Below the pieces are notes generated by a model. It was not told the origin of the DNA. It made no database searches and saw nothing but the letters and a program-made list of their open reading frames with translations. Below are positions 7,282 through 14,637 of a stretch of DNA of 26,646 nt, piece by piece (the stretch's first letter is position 1; the number at the start of each line of letters is the position of its first letter). The stretch comes from a virus (Duplodnaviria > Caudoviricetes), in IMG/VR virus record IMGVR_UViG_3300033076_000845, positions 1-26,646 of that record. The stretch is one strand, 5' to 3'. Both the position numbers and the translations under genes were made by a program.

Positions 7282-7829
7282 GCATTTACATGAAGTTGAA
7301 CGCGGCACGGAAGAAGTTCCACAGCCTCGAACTCAAGAAGACGGGCGAAAACAAGTTCGCCGGCTACAAGTATTTCGAGTTGGCCGACTTTCTGATCCCC
7401 GCGATGGATGTGTTCGCAGAGCACGACCTTTGCGCCATCGTCTCCTTTGACAAGGAGCTGGCAACGATGCGCATCGTGAGCTTGGTTGACGGCGCTGAAA
7501 TCGTCATCACCTCCCCCATGGGCAGCGCGGCGCTCAAGGGTTGCCACGAAGTGCAAAACATCGGCGCAGTTGAGACGTACCAACGTCGATACCTGTGGGT
7601 CGCAGCACTGGAAATCGTCGAGCACGACGCTGTTGATGCATCGGACGGCCCCGAGAAGAAGCCTGACGTGGCTGCGATCTTGAGGAGCATCAGCAACGCC
7701 AGCAGCCTGGAGGTTCTGCGGTCGAACTATGAGGCCGCGATCCAGATGCTTCCACCCGCTCACCACAAAGCCGTCAACAAAGCAACCAACGCTCGCAAGG
7801 CAGAACTTACCGAGAAAGAACCAGCATGA
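7278..7829 (+). CDS. erf: ERF-family single-strand annealing recombinase
   Basis: K.G.N.F.GYKY.EL.D and Q.IGA.ETY.RRY...AL.I.E.D..D motifs. Confidence 0.9.
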   Translation: MSIYMKLNAARKKFHSLELKKTGENKFAGYKYFELADFLIPAMDVFAEHDLCAIVSFDKELATMRIVSLVDGAEIVITSPMGSAALKGCHEVQNIGAVETYQRRYLWVAALEIVEHDAVDASDGPEKKPDVAAILRSISNASSLEVLRSNYEAAIQMLPPAHHKAVNKATNARKAELTEKEPA

Positions 7830-8158
7830 CCCAATACGACAACACCAACCGTGGCGTTCTCTTTGACAACGACCGCAAGGAGTCCGACAACCACCCGGAC
7901 ATGACCGGGAAGCTCAACGTCAACGGCGTTGACCACTGGTTCAGCGCGTGGTGGAAGGAAGGCAAGAACGGTGGCGAGTTCCTTTCGCTGAGCCTGGGCA
8001 AGGAATGCGACCAGCAACAAGGACAGCGCACCCAGCCGCAGCGGGAAGCGCCTCAACGTCGCGGGAATCGCCCGAGCAACAGCGCGCCACAGCAACGCCA
8101 AGCGCCTGCACGTCAGGGTGGCGGGTTCTCCGACATGGACGACGACGTGCCATGGTGA
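7826..8158 (+). CDS. single-stranded DNA-binding protein (short non-canonical type)
   Basis: G.LF.N..K....PD.TG...W.SAW...FLSLS core, Gln-rich linker, acidic tail MDDDVPW; adjacent to erf. Confidence 0.75.
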   Translation: MTQYDNTNRGVLFDNDRKESDNHPDMTGKLNVNGVDHWFSAWWKEGKNGGEFLSLSLGKECDQQQGQRTQPQREAPQRRGNRPSNSAPQQRQAPARQGGGFSDMDDDVPW

Positions 8159-8385
8159 CTTTGCCCGACCTGTCCGACGACAAGCGCATGGCCCAAGTAG
8201 GCCGGCTCTCGGTGTTGTTCAAAGCACGCCGAGAAGCCGCCCAAAAGGTCAGGGACAAGGTTGTCCCGATGTTGAACAGCATTGAAGGCGGTGGGGATGG
8301 ATGGGACGTGAACGGCCTGGTCGAGATGGTTGAGGAAATCCAAGCGCTCAACCGGGCTATCGCTGAAGTGAAGTCCAACCCTTAG
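8152..8385 (+). CDS. hypothetical protein
   Basis: ATG 8152 overlaps the SSB gene end; helical 77-aa product. Confidence 0.55.
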   Translation: MVTLPDLSDDKRMAQVGRLSVLFKARREAAQKVRDKVVPMLNSIEGGGDGWDVNGLVEMVEEIQALNRAIAEVKSNP

Positions 8386-8414
8386 CGCGCTGGTAGTCCG
8401 ATCCACCCGAACCC

Positions 8415-9194
8415 ATGACCGCTTACTACAACGAAATTGACCCCTATGCAGCTCAATGGCTCAGGAATCTCATCGACGCTGGACACATCGCTCCTGGAAT
8501 CGTGGACGAGCGAAGCATCGAGGACGTCTACCCCAGCGACCTCCGAGGCTTCACGCAATGCCATTTCTTTGCCGGCATTGGCGTCTGGTCCTACGCCCTT
8601 CGGTCTGCCGGATGGGGTGACGATCGACCTGTTTGGACTGGCTCCTGTCCTTGCCAACCTTTCTCCGAGGCAGGCTCGGGAGCTGGGTTTGCTGACCAGC
8701 GGCACCTCTGGCCGTTATGGCATCACCTCATCAAGGAGTGTCGGCCTCCAAGCCTCTTTGGAGAGCAGGTTTCGGGAAAGCGTGTCGAACCTTGGATCGA
8801 CCTTGTACAAGATGACTTGGAAGTCATGGGTTACGCCTTTGGGGCGCTCGCGTTCCCGGCTTGCAGCGTCGGCGCTCAGAACATCCGAGACCGCTTGTAT
8901 TGGGTTGCCCACTCCGGACAGCACGATCTCGCAGGCCAAGCCTCGCCCGCCTGTGACAGCTGGCAGAAAGCCTACGGACCCACAAATCAGCCTGGCCTGC
9001 ATTGCCTACTGGATGGTCGCTCCTGGCCAGTCGAGTGGGTCTATTGCCCCGATGGATTCCGCCGCCCAATTGAACCCGGACTACGCGCGGTGGTTGATGC
9101 GTATCCCTCGCGAGTGGAGCGCTTGCGCGCCTACGGCAATGCCATCAACGCGTCGGCGGCGCGCGTCTTCATCGAAGCGGTGATGACCGCCTAA
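8415..9194 (+). CDS. C5-cytosine DNA methyltransferase (alpha-type chain lacking motif IX)
   Basis: Motif I FFAGIG, IV GSCPCQPFS, VI GEQV, VIII RDRLYWVA, X RLRAYGNAI. Confidence 0.92.
   Translation: MTAYYNEIDPYAAQWLRNLIDAGHIAPGIVDERSIEDVYPSDLRGFTQCHFFAGIGVWSYALRSAGWGDDRPVWTGSCPCQPFSEAGSGAGFADQRHLWPLWHHLIKECRPPSLFGEQVSGKRVEPWIDLVQDDLEVMGYAFGALAFPACSVGAQNIRDRLYWVAHSGQHDLAGQASPACDSWQKAYGPTNQPGLHCLLDGRSWPVEWVYCPDGFRRPIEPGLRAVVDAYPSRVERLRAYGNAINASAARVFIEAVMTA
8437..9183 (+). CDS. putative methyltransferase beta subunit in an overlapping +1 frame (true start uncertain)
   Basis: 248-codon open frame nested in the MTase gene, carrying the motif IX-like LNPDYARWLMRIPREW (9070-9117) and a PTP segment. 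Confidence 0.62.
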   Translation: MTPMQLNGSGISSTLDTSLLESWTSEASRTSTPATSEASRNAISLPALASGPTPFGLPDGVTIDLFGLAPVLANLSPRQARELGLLTSGTSGRYGITSSRSVGLQASLESRFRESVSNLGSTLYKMTWKSWVTPLGRSRSRLAASALRTSETACIGLPTPDSTISQAKPRPPVTAGRKPTDPQISLACIAYWMVAPGQSSGSIAPMDSAAQLNPDYARWLMRIPREWSACAPTAMPSTRRRRASSSKR

Positions 9195-9222
9195 CCCCCT
9201 AAACAACCTACTGAGATTGAAC

Positions 9223-9786
9223 ATGAGCAGAGCAAATGAACTGCCGGACGGCGTTCCGGACCGTGGGCGCGATCTTCTGGACATGGCCTACATCAACAGC
9301 CTGCCGCAGCCGTTCCTCGCCCGGGCGCGTGGCGGCTGGGAGTGGGAAGTCCATGACATTGAGGTCGAAACCGGCCTTGTCCGCATCAACGTGTGCGGCC
9401 TGCTGAGCGTGAAGCACATCTGCGACTTCACTAGCTTTCGCGACATGAATGGCGTGTGGCACCCGTCCGAAGGCTTCTTCGTAGACGCCAACGAAGACGA
9501 GCGCGCCGCTCTCACCTCTTCTGGAGACACCTGTGATCAATACCAAACTGCCGGCGCTGCCCGGGAAAGGAGTGACGACATGAGCTGCAAACACGGTAAT
9601 TGGTCTCCCTGCGACCAATGCGATGAAGAGGATGCCGCATGGAATCGCGCATTTGCAGCAGGCAAGCAAGAGGCCTACGAAAACATCCGTGCAGCACTTG
9701 CCAGTGAGATCGAGTGCGAAGCCTTCGAGACACTTGTGCAGCCGGCGCTTCAACGAATTATCAGCGCACAGGGAGAGCCAAATTGA
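9223..9786 (+). CDS. hypothetical phage protein, possibly two in-frame modules
   Basis: ORF in the operon chain; internal AAGGAG plus ATG at 9580 begins a C.HG...C..C module. Confidence 0.6.
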   Translation: MSRANELPDGVPDRGRDLLDMAYINSLPQPFLARARGGWEWEVHDIEVETGLVRINVCGLLSVKHICDFTSFRDMNGVWHPSEGFFVDANEDERAALTSSGDTCDQYQTAGAARERSDDMSCKHGNWSPCDQCDEEDAAWNRAFAAGKQEAYENIRAALASEIECEAFETLVQPALQRIISAQGEPN

Positions 9787-10508
9787 CCCCAGAACAAAGA
9801 CAAGCCGTGTACCACGCATGGCTAAAGGCCCCAGGGCACTTCAACGAAATCGACCTGATCCGCATGGCCGAAGAAGCAACGCTCGCCGACCGAGAGCGGC
9901 AGGCCGGTGAGGCGGTGGCGTGGCCCGCAGAGCTGAGCAGCATCAGCCGCACGCAGCCTGTTCGCTTCAACGTCATCTACCGAGACGGCGGCGAGCCTGT
10001 GATCGACGACGATGACTTCAAGTTCGATGCGCTGATCAAGGTGCACGGCGACTTCGACAAAGGTGAAAAAGAAAAGTACGTCGCCGAGGTATGCAGGCGC
10101 TTGAATGGTGTCGCCTCCCTTCCTGCTCCCCAAGCAGTGCAGGCCGTACCCCAGTCGCTGATCGACGCGGTGCTGCGCTGGCACGACCCCAAGGGCGACA
10201 GCATGGGAGCGTGCGCCAACCTGAACAAAGAGATCGCGAACTGGCTCGCCGCCGCACCCTCTCCAGATGGCAAGGCCGAGCAGGCAGAAGCGCCGAGCGA
10301 GCACGACTTCGATGCATGGCACTGCGAGCGTTGCGACGGCACTGGCGAGCATTGGCAAGAGGAACAAGTTGGAGAGCGCCTGAGCGACAAGCAAACCATC
10401 AAGGTGGACTGTCAGAAGTGCGGCTGTCTCGGCTGGGAAGGCCCGGATGCGCAGAAGGCATACGACGCCCAAGAACGCGCCAAGCTGGCGCACAAGGAAA
10501 AATCATGA
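9783..10508 (+). CDS. mosaic early accessory protein with a C-terminal CxxCxGxG zinc finger
   Basis: TTG start overlapping the upstream stop, with a GGAG RBS; CERCDGTG...CQKCGCLG; Ala/Pro linkers. Confidence 0.65.
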   Translation: MTPEQRQAVYHAWLKAPGHFNEIDLIRMAEEATLADRERQAGEAVAWPAELSSISRTQPVRFNVIYRDGGEPVIDDDDFKFDALIKVHGDFDKGEKEKYVAEVCRRLNGVASLPAPQAVQAVPQSLIDAVLRWHDPKGDSMGACANLNKEIANWLAAAPSPDGKAEQAEAPSEHDFDAWHCERCDGTGEHWQEEQVGERLSDKQTIKVDCQKCGCLGWEGPDAQKAYDAQERAKLAHKEKS

Positions 10509-10888
10509 CCACTGAAAACACCATTGAGGCGTGGCTCTTCGAGCACGAAGACGGCCGGCACGCGGTGGGCGTCGGTGGCGGTTCACCAGATTTCACCCGT
10601 GGCGACCCGAAGTGGCATCGCGTCGGCCCCGTGGATGTATCGCGGGTCATTCAGGCCGCCACCCAGCCCACGGCCAGCCCTGAGCAGGCAGAAGCGCCGA
10701 GCGCCGTAAGCATCGTGCGACTCTCCCCGCTTCCCGCCCCAGACTTTTCCGAGCGGGTGTACGGGGGCCACGGCAATGAGATCGTTAACGATTACTTCGA
10801 AGCCCACACGGTGCGTGAATACGCGCGGCAGGAAGTCTATATGGCGGAGGAGGCCTGGAAAGCCCGCGCCACCCAGCCCACGGCCAGC
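10278..10888 (+). repeat. two pairs of 22-bp direct repeats in linker regions
   Basis: GAGCAGGCAGAAGCGCCGAGCG at 10278-10299 and 10682-10703; CGCCACCCAGCCCACGGCCAGC at 10657-10678 and 10867-10888. Confidence 0.9.
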
Positions 10889-11338
10889 AATGCGGGAGAG
10901 TTACCCGATCCGCAGGTCTTGCATGCGGTGGCCGATTACGAGTGCCCAAAGTGCAGAACGCGTATCCGGTACACCCCGCCGATCAAGCTCGGGTACACGG
11001 AAGAACAGATGCGCGCCGCCCTCGCCACCAAGCCGCCTGCCGGGGAGCAGAAGCCGGTGGGCGTAGTCGAGTCGGTTGCTCCTGGCGCTGGCGGATTCCA
11101 CGTTCGGCTGACCGGTGCGATGCCGCGCCTTGGCGATGCGCTGTACCTTGGGCCGCAGCCCGAGCAGGTGGCGCAGGACAAGATCGACGCGGAGCGGTGG
11201 CGAGTAGCTAGAGAAAGCCCGCTCCTGCTGTTCGAGCGGTGGGACAGCGTTGCGCTTCCGGCAGATGGTTGCGACGCCGCCGTTGACGAGGCCATCCGCG
11301 CAGCCCGCGCCCGGGGTGAGGGAGGGTCCAAGGGATGA
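10505..11338 (+). CDS. mosaic early accessory protein (Ea/Eaa-like modular)
   Basis: AAGGA RBS, ATG 10505; short modules separated by repeated ATQPTAS/EQAEAPS linkers; C-terminal DAERWR...D.A.D.A motif. Confidence 0.7.
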   Translation: MTTENTIEAWLFEHEDGRHAVGVGGGSPDFTRGDPKWHRVGPVDVSRVIQAATQPTASPEQAEAPSAVSIVRLSPLPAPDFSERVYGGHGNEIVNDYFEAHTVREYARQEVYMAEEAWKARATQPTASNAGELPDPQVLHAVADYECPKCRTRIRYTPPIKLGYTEEQMRAALATKPPAGEQKPVGVVESVAPGAGGFHVRLTGAMPRLGDALYLGPQPEQVAQDKIDAERWRVARESPLLLFERWDSVALPADGCDAAVDEAIRAARARGEGGSKG

Positions 11339-12084
11339 TCCATTACCACGGCCTGCCCATCACGCCAGAGACCGCTGCGGCTGTCGTCTTGCAGGGTGGG
11401 CACGGCTTCATCCCATTCACCGACGCTCGAAACACTGGGCTCGCAGCAGCGGCCTGTCAGTCGTTCGCCATCGATAACGGGGCGTTCACGGCCTGGAAGA
11501 AGGGAAACCCGATCCAAGACTGGCGCCCGTTCTACGAATGGGCCGGGCAATGCAAGCTGATCCCGTCCTGCGACTTTGCGGTGATCCCGGACGTGATCGA
11601 CGGCGACGAAGCGGCGAACGATGCGCTGGTCTCGGAGTGGCCGCTACCGCTCTGGTTTGGCGCGCCCGTCTGGCACATGCACGAAAGCCTGGCTCGGCTG
11701 GAACGCCTGGCCGCGAAGTTCCCACGCGTGTGTATCGGCAGCTCGGGCGAGTTCTCCAGCATCGGCACCGTTGCGTGGTGGGGCCAGATCGCCCGGGCCA
11801 TGCGCGTGGTCTGCGACGACGACGGCCGCCCACTGTGCAAGCTGCACGGCCTGCGCATGCTCGACCCCGCCATCTTCACCCGACTGCCGTTTTCATCGGC
11901 AGACAGCACCAACATCGGGCAGAACATCGGCATCGATCAAGCCTGGAAAGGCACGTATACCCCACCGACCAAAGAGGCGCGCGCCCAGGTCATGCGATCC
12001 CGCATCGAGTCTCAGAACGCGCCGGCACGGTGGGGCTTCATTGTCCCTGACGTGCCGCAACCAGAACAAGGAATCCTGCTGTGA
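11335..12084 (+). CDS. TGT/DpdA-like base-exchange transglycosylase
   Basis: DNGAF (D47; compare TGT DSGGF), PDVI (D86), PVWH (H114), CIGS, LHGL, SADST (D190), in TGT-barrel order; no CxCxxC zinc site. Confidence 0.75.
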   Translation: MIHYHGLPITPETAAAVVLQGGHGFIPFTDARNTGLAAAACQSFAIDNGAFTAWKKGNPIQDWRPFYEWAGQCKLIPSCDFAVIPDVIDGDEAANDALVSEWPLPLWFGAPVWHMHESLARLERLAAKFPRVCIGSSGEFSSIGTVAWWGQIARAMRVVCDDDGRPLCKLHGLRMLDPAIFTRLPFSSADSTNIGQNIGIDQAWKGTYTPPTKEARAQVMRSRIESQNAPARWGFIVPDVPQPEQGILL

Positions 12085-12332
12085 ACACCTACCGCACCCA
12101 GTTTGCCGCGACGTGCCCCTCCGATGGGCAGCGAATCATCTACAGCCTCGAAATGCGCACCGCCGAGACGGTCATGGTTGAGCAGATCAACGACGCCCTG
12201 GACGAGATCCGAGAGGACTACCAAGAGAACATCGCCACCCGTTTGGCTGAGTCGTTTCCTCAGTGCGCGATAAGCCTGCAGGGCGTTCACCAAGGCGTGG
12301 AAATCGTCAGCGAGATCGGGGCCACCCCATGA
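12081..12332 (+). CDS. minimal T-fold protein, QueF/QueF-L-like
   Basis: F...CP..G (C12), VE (E34), QE.IA (E49), HQGVEI; GTGA-coupled to the TGT-like gene. Confidence 0.62.
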   Translation: MNTYRTQFAATCPSDGQRIIYSLEMRTAETVMVEQINDALDEIREDYQENIATRLAESFPQCAISLQGVHQGVEIVSEIGATP

Positions 12333-12898
12333 CCACCCAATCCCACACCGAGCTGGCAGCGCGCGCACGCGACTACGCCGATCGCATCGACCCATTCAAA
12401 CGGGTCGGGCTGGACAACCTGACTTGTAGTTCTGCCGCCGATGCGCTTCGCCAGTGCGCCGCCGCCCTGGAGTCACCCGAGCGAGTGCAGGGGGATGGGG
12501 AAGACGTGTGGCTTGTGCGGAAGGCCGACACGGACGTGTTCCAGCATCCAGCATATGGCCCCGTGATCTTCTTCACCGAGGACGCTGCACTCGCCCCCAC
12601 CCCACCCACCGCACCGGCTCAAGATGCGCAGAGGGAGGCGACTGGCTGGAAGCGATGCGAAGCCTGCAACGGAAAGGGCGACTCAGCATCTGGTCGGACG
12701 GCTTGCGGGGGATGCCGTGGGTCCGGGCGAGTTTTTGCCACCCCATCCCCGCAGGCAGAGGTGGACGAGGGCGCCATTGACGACGTGATCGACAAGTACA
12801 TCGTCGAGGTCGCCAACACAAAGGCCGTTTTGAACCCGATGGCGTTTGCCAAGAGCGTGCTTGCTCTGGCTGGCATCGTCACCAAGGAGAGCACATGA
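12329..12898 (+). CDS. mosaic accessory protein with a DnaJ-type CxxCxGxG zinc finger
   Basis: CEACNGKG...CGGCRGSG; ATGA coupling at 12329. Confidence 0.65.
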   Translation: MTTQSHTELAARARDYADRIDPFKRVGLDNLTCSSAADALRQCAAALESPERVQGDGEDVWLVRKADTDVFQHPAYGPVIFFTEDAALAPTPPTAPAQDAQREATGWKRCEACNGKGDSASGRTACGGCRGSGRVFATPSPQAEVDEGAIDDVIDKYIVEVANTKAVLNPMAFAKSVLALAGIVTKEST

Positions 12899-13149
12899 GC
12901 GACGAAGCCGTGACATGGGTTGAAACAACCCGCGAGGTCTACGCCGCCATCTACCGACAGCACATCGGCCAACTCGGGGTGTTTGGCACGATTTCGCGCG
13001 GGGAGGATGACTGGTACGGCGAACGCCACATGATGACCGAATGGGGATTCAAAGGCGCAGATTTTCCGCTGATCAAACACGACGAACGTGGCACGCCTGC
13101 GGTTCACAGCTACTTCATCGCGTCTGTCAAGGAGACCAGCAATGTCTGA
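12895..13149 (+). CDS. hypothetical phage protein
   Basis: AAGGAG RBS; ATGA coupling. Confidence 0.7.
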   Translation: MSDEAVTWVETTREVYAAIYRQHIGQLGVFGTISRGEDDWYGERHMMTEWGFKGADFPLIKHDERGTPAVHSYFIASVKETSNV

Positions 13150-13501
13150 CACCACCCCCATTCCACCAGCAAGCGAGAGGGAGAGGTTTGAGGCGTGGGC
13201 CATTGAGCATCACGAGGATGTCCCCCAATGGACAGGGTCGAGATACCGCCAAGACGTATGGGAAGACCTCTGGATCGCCTGGCAAGCCCGTGCCGCCCTC
13301 TCCCACCCCAGCACTCCGCAAGGGTGGCAACCGATTGAGCCACTCGACCTGAACGTCTTTGCTGAGATTTGCCACAACGCTCACATCGACTTCGCGCTGG
13401 ACAAGTTCCCCAGCTACGAGCGGGCAATCGAGCATCACTACATCTGGATGCTGAACGCCATCAACGCTCAGCGCCCTCCAGAACAAGGAGGCAAGGGATG
13501 A
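13142..13501 (+). CDS. hypothetical phage protein (ERERFEAW...W.AWQARAAL module)
   Basis: AAGGAG RBS before ATG 13142; common early-region phage module followed by GWQPIE. Confidence 0.7.
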   Translation: MSDTTPIPPASERERFEAWAIEHHEDVPQWTGSRYRQDVWEDLWIAWQARAALSHPSTPQGWQPIEPLDLNVFAEICHNAHIDFALDKFPSYERAIEHHYIWMLNAINAQRPPEQGGKG

Positions 13502-13812
13502 GCACGCTGCACCTTTCTCTGAAGCGCGAGTACTTCGAGGCGATCCGCGATGGATCGAAGACCGAGGAATACCGGCTTTGCACGCCCTACTGGCAGAAGC
13601 GCCTTGCATCTCCGTTCGGCCTGTATGACCGCATCGTTCTCACGCTGGGCTACCCGGCCCGCGATGACCACTCGCGCCGTCTTGAGCGTCCATTCGAGGG
13701 CTACACGATCAAGACCATCACGCACCCGCACTTCGGGCCCGATCCTGTCACGGTCTACGCGATCAAGGTCAACCCTGTGCCCGCCCTTCATACAAAGGAA
13801 ACCTCACCATGA
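13498..13812 (+). CDS. ASCH-domain protein
   Basis: L.L...YFEAI.DG.KTEEYR (GxKxxExR) motif; AAGGAGG RBS before ATG 13498. Confidence 0.85.
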   Translation: MSTLHLSLKREYFEAIRDGSKTEEYRLCTPYWQKRLASPFGLYDRIVLTLGYPARDDHSRRLERPFEGYTIKTITHPHFGPDPVTVYAIKVNPVPALHTKETSP

Positions 13813-14318
13813 CCACAGCATTCGATGCAATGGTGTTTGCCCGCCACGTGCACGCCAACCAGAGGCGCAAGTACACCGGCAACCCTTACGCTGACCACTT
13901 GGCAGAAGTCGCCGGCATCGTCGCCACGGTCCAGCACGAATTCATGGTGCCACCTGGGGTGATTCTTGCAACAGCTTGGCTCCATGACTGCGTGGAAGAC
14001 CAGGGCGTTAGCCTGCAGACCATTGCGGACAAGTTCGGCAATATGGTCGCCATAGGCGTATCGGGCCTGTCCGACTTGGAGACGGGAAATCGCGCCGAGC
14101 GGAAAGCTGCCAGTCGAGAGAGGTTGGCAGCGTGCTCAAGCTGGATTCAGACCATCAAGTGCGCCGATCTGATCAGCAACACATCCAGCATTGTTGAGCA
14201 CGATCCAAAGTTCGCAGTGGTGTATCTCGAAGAGAAACGCATGCTGCTCGACGTTCTAACCAAAGCAGACCCGAGACTGAGGGCCATAGCAATGGACAAC
14301 ATGAGGGTTTCTCCATGA
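13809..14318 (+). CDS. HD-domain small alarmone hydrolase-like protein (RelA/SpoT HD, Mesh1-like)
   Basis: H..Q.RK....PY..H..EVA, LHDCVED, FG..VA..V..LSD, IK.AD.ISN motifs; no synthetase domain. Confidence 0.88.
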   Translation: MTTAFDAMVFARHVHANQRRKYTGNPYADHLAEVAGIVATVQHEFMVPPGVILATAWLHDCVEDQGVSLQTIADKFGNMVAIGVSGLSDLETGNRAERKAASRERLAACSSWIQTIKCADLISNTSSIVEHDPKFAVVYLEEKRMLLDVLTKADPRLRAIAMDNMRVSP

Positions 14319-14395
14319 ACCTCTCAAAACGCCGCCGAAAGTATCCAGACAAGCGAGACCCTAACCGTTGGCCTGATGAGGATGAACTGAAATGA
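14315..14395 (+). CDS. 26-aa peptide linking the HD gene to xis
   Basis: MNLSKRRRKYPDKRDPNRWPDEDELK; ATGA overlaps at both ends; GAGG upstream. Confidence 0.45.
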   Translation: MNLSKRRRKYPDKRDPNRWPDEDELK

Positions 14396-14604
14396 ACGAC
14401 GAAATTCTGACCATTGACGACATCGCCAGCATGTACAAGGTGAGCCGGGAGCGCGCCCGGGACAACATCGTCAAACAGCCCGGTTTTCCAGATTTGGCAC
14501 CCGGATCGACTTGGCGGCTACCTCGCTGGGTGGGGGCGGAAGTCCGAGCATACATCCGGCGACGGTCCCCGCAAAATTCCCCCAGGGTCCGGGAAGCCGC
14601 ATAA
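14392..14604 (+). CDS. xis: excisionase / recombination directionality factor (AlpA-like wHTH)
   Basis: ILTIDDIA..Y...R...PGFP...PRW...EV..YI; last gene of the early operon, next to att and int. Confidence 0.8.
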   Translation: MNDEILTIDDIASMYKVSRERARDNIVKQPGFPDLAPGSTWRLPRWVGAEVRAYIRRRSPQNSPRVREAA

Positions 14605-14623
14605 AGTCTCGTTGTTTGTTGCA

Positions 14624-14637
14624 GACCCCGGGCACCA
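14624..14637 (+). other. candidate attP core (3' end of a tRNA, Leu-like)
   Basis: GACCCCGGGCACCA ends in discriminator A plus CCA, in the only sizeable gap next to int, oriented as in tRNA-targeting elements. Confidence 0.6.

Noticed and set aside
8415-9194. Restriction-modification system or frameshifted MTase pseudogene
   Set aside because: No adjacent endonuclease; both frames are uninterrupted and the catalytic motifs are intact, which fits dual coding better than decay.
10091-10504. Upstream extension of the 415-aa ORF in the track (similarly the starts at 9714, 12263, 13369 and 7948)
   Set aside because: They overlap the preceding genes; RBS and stop/start coupling support the downstream starts used here.
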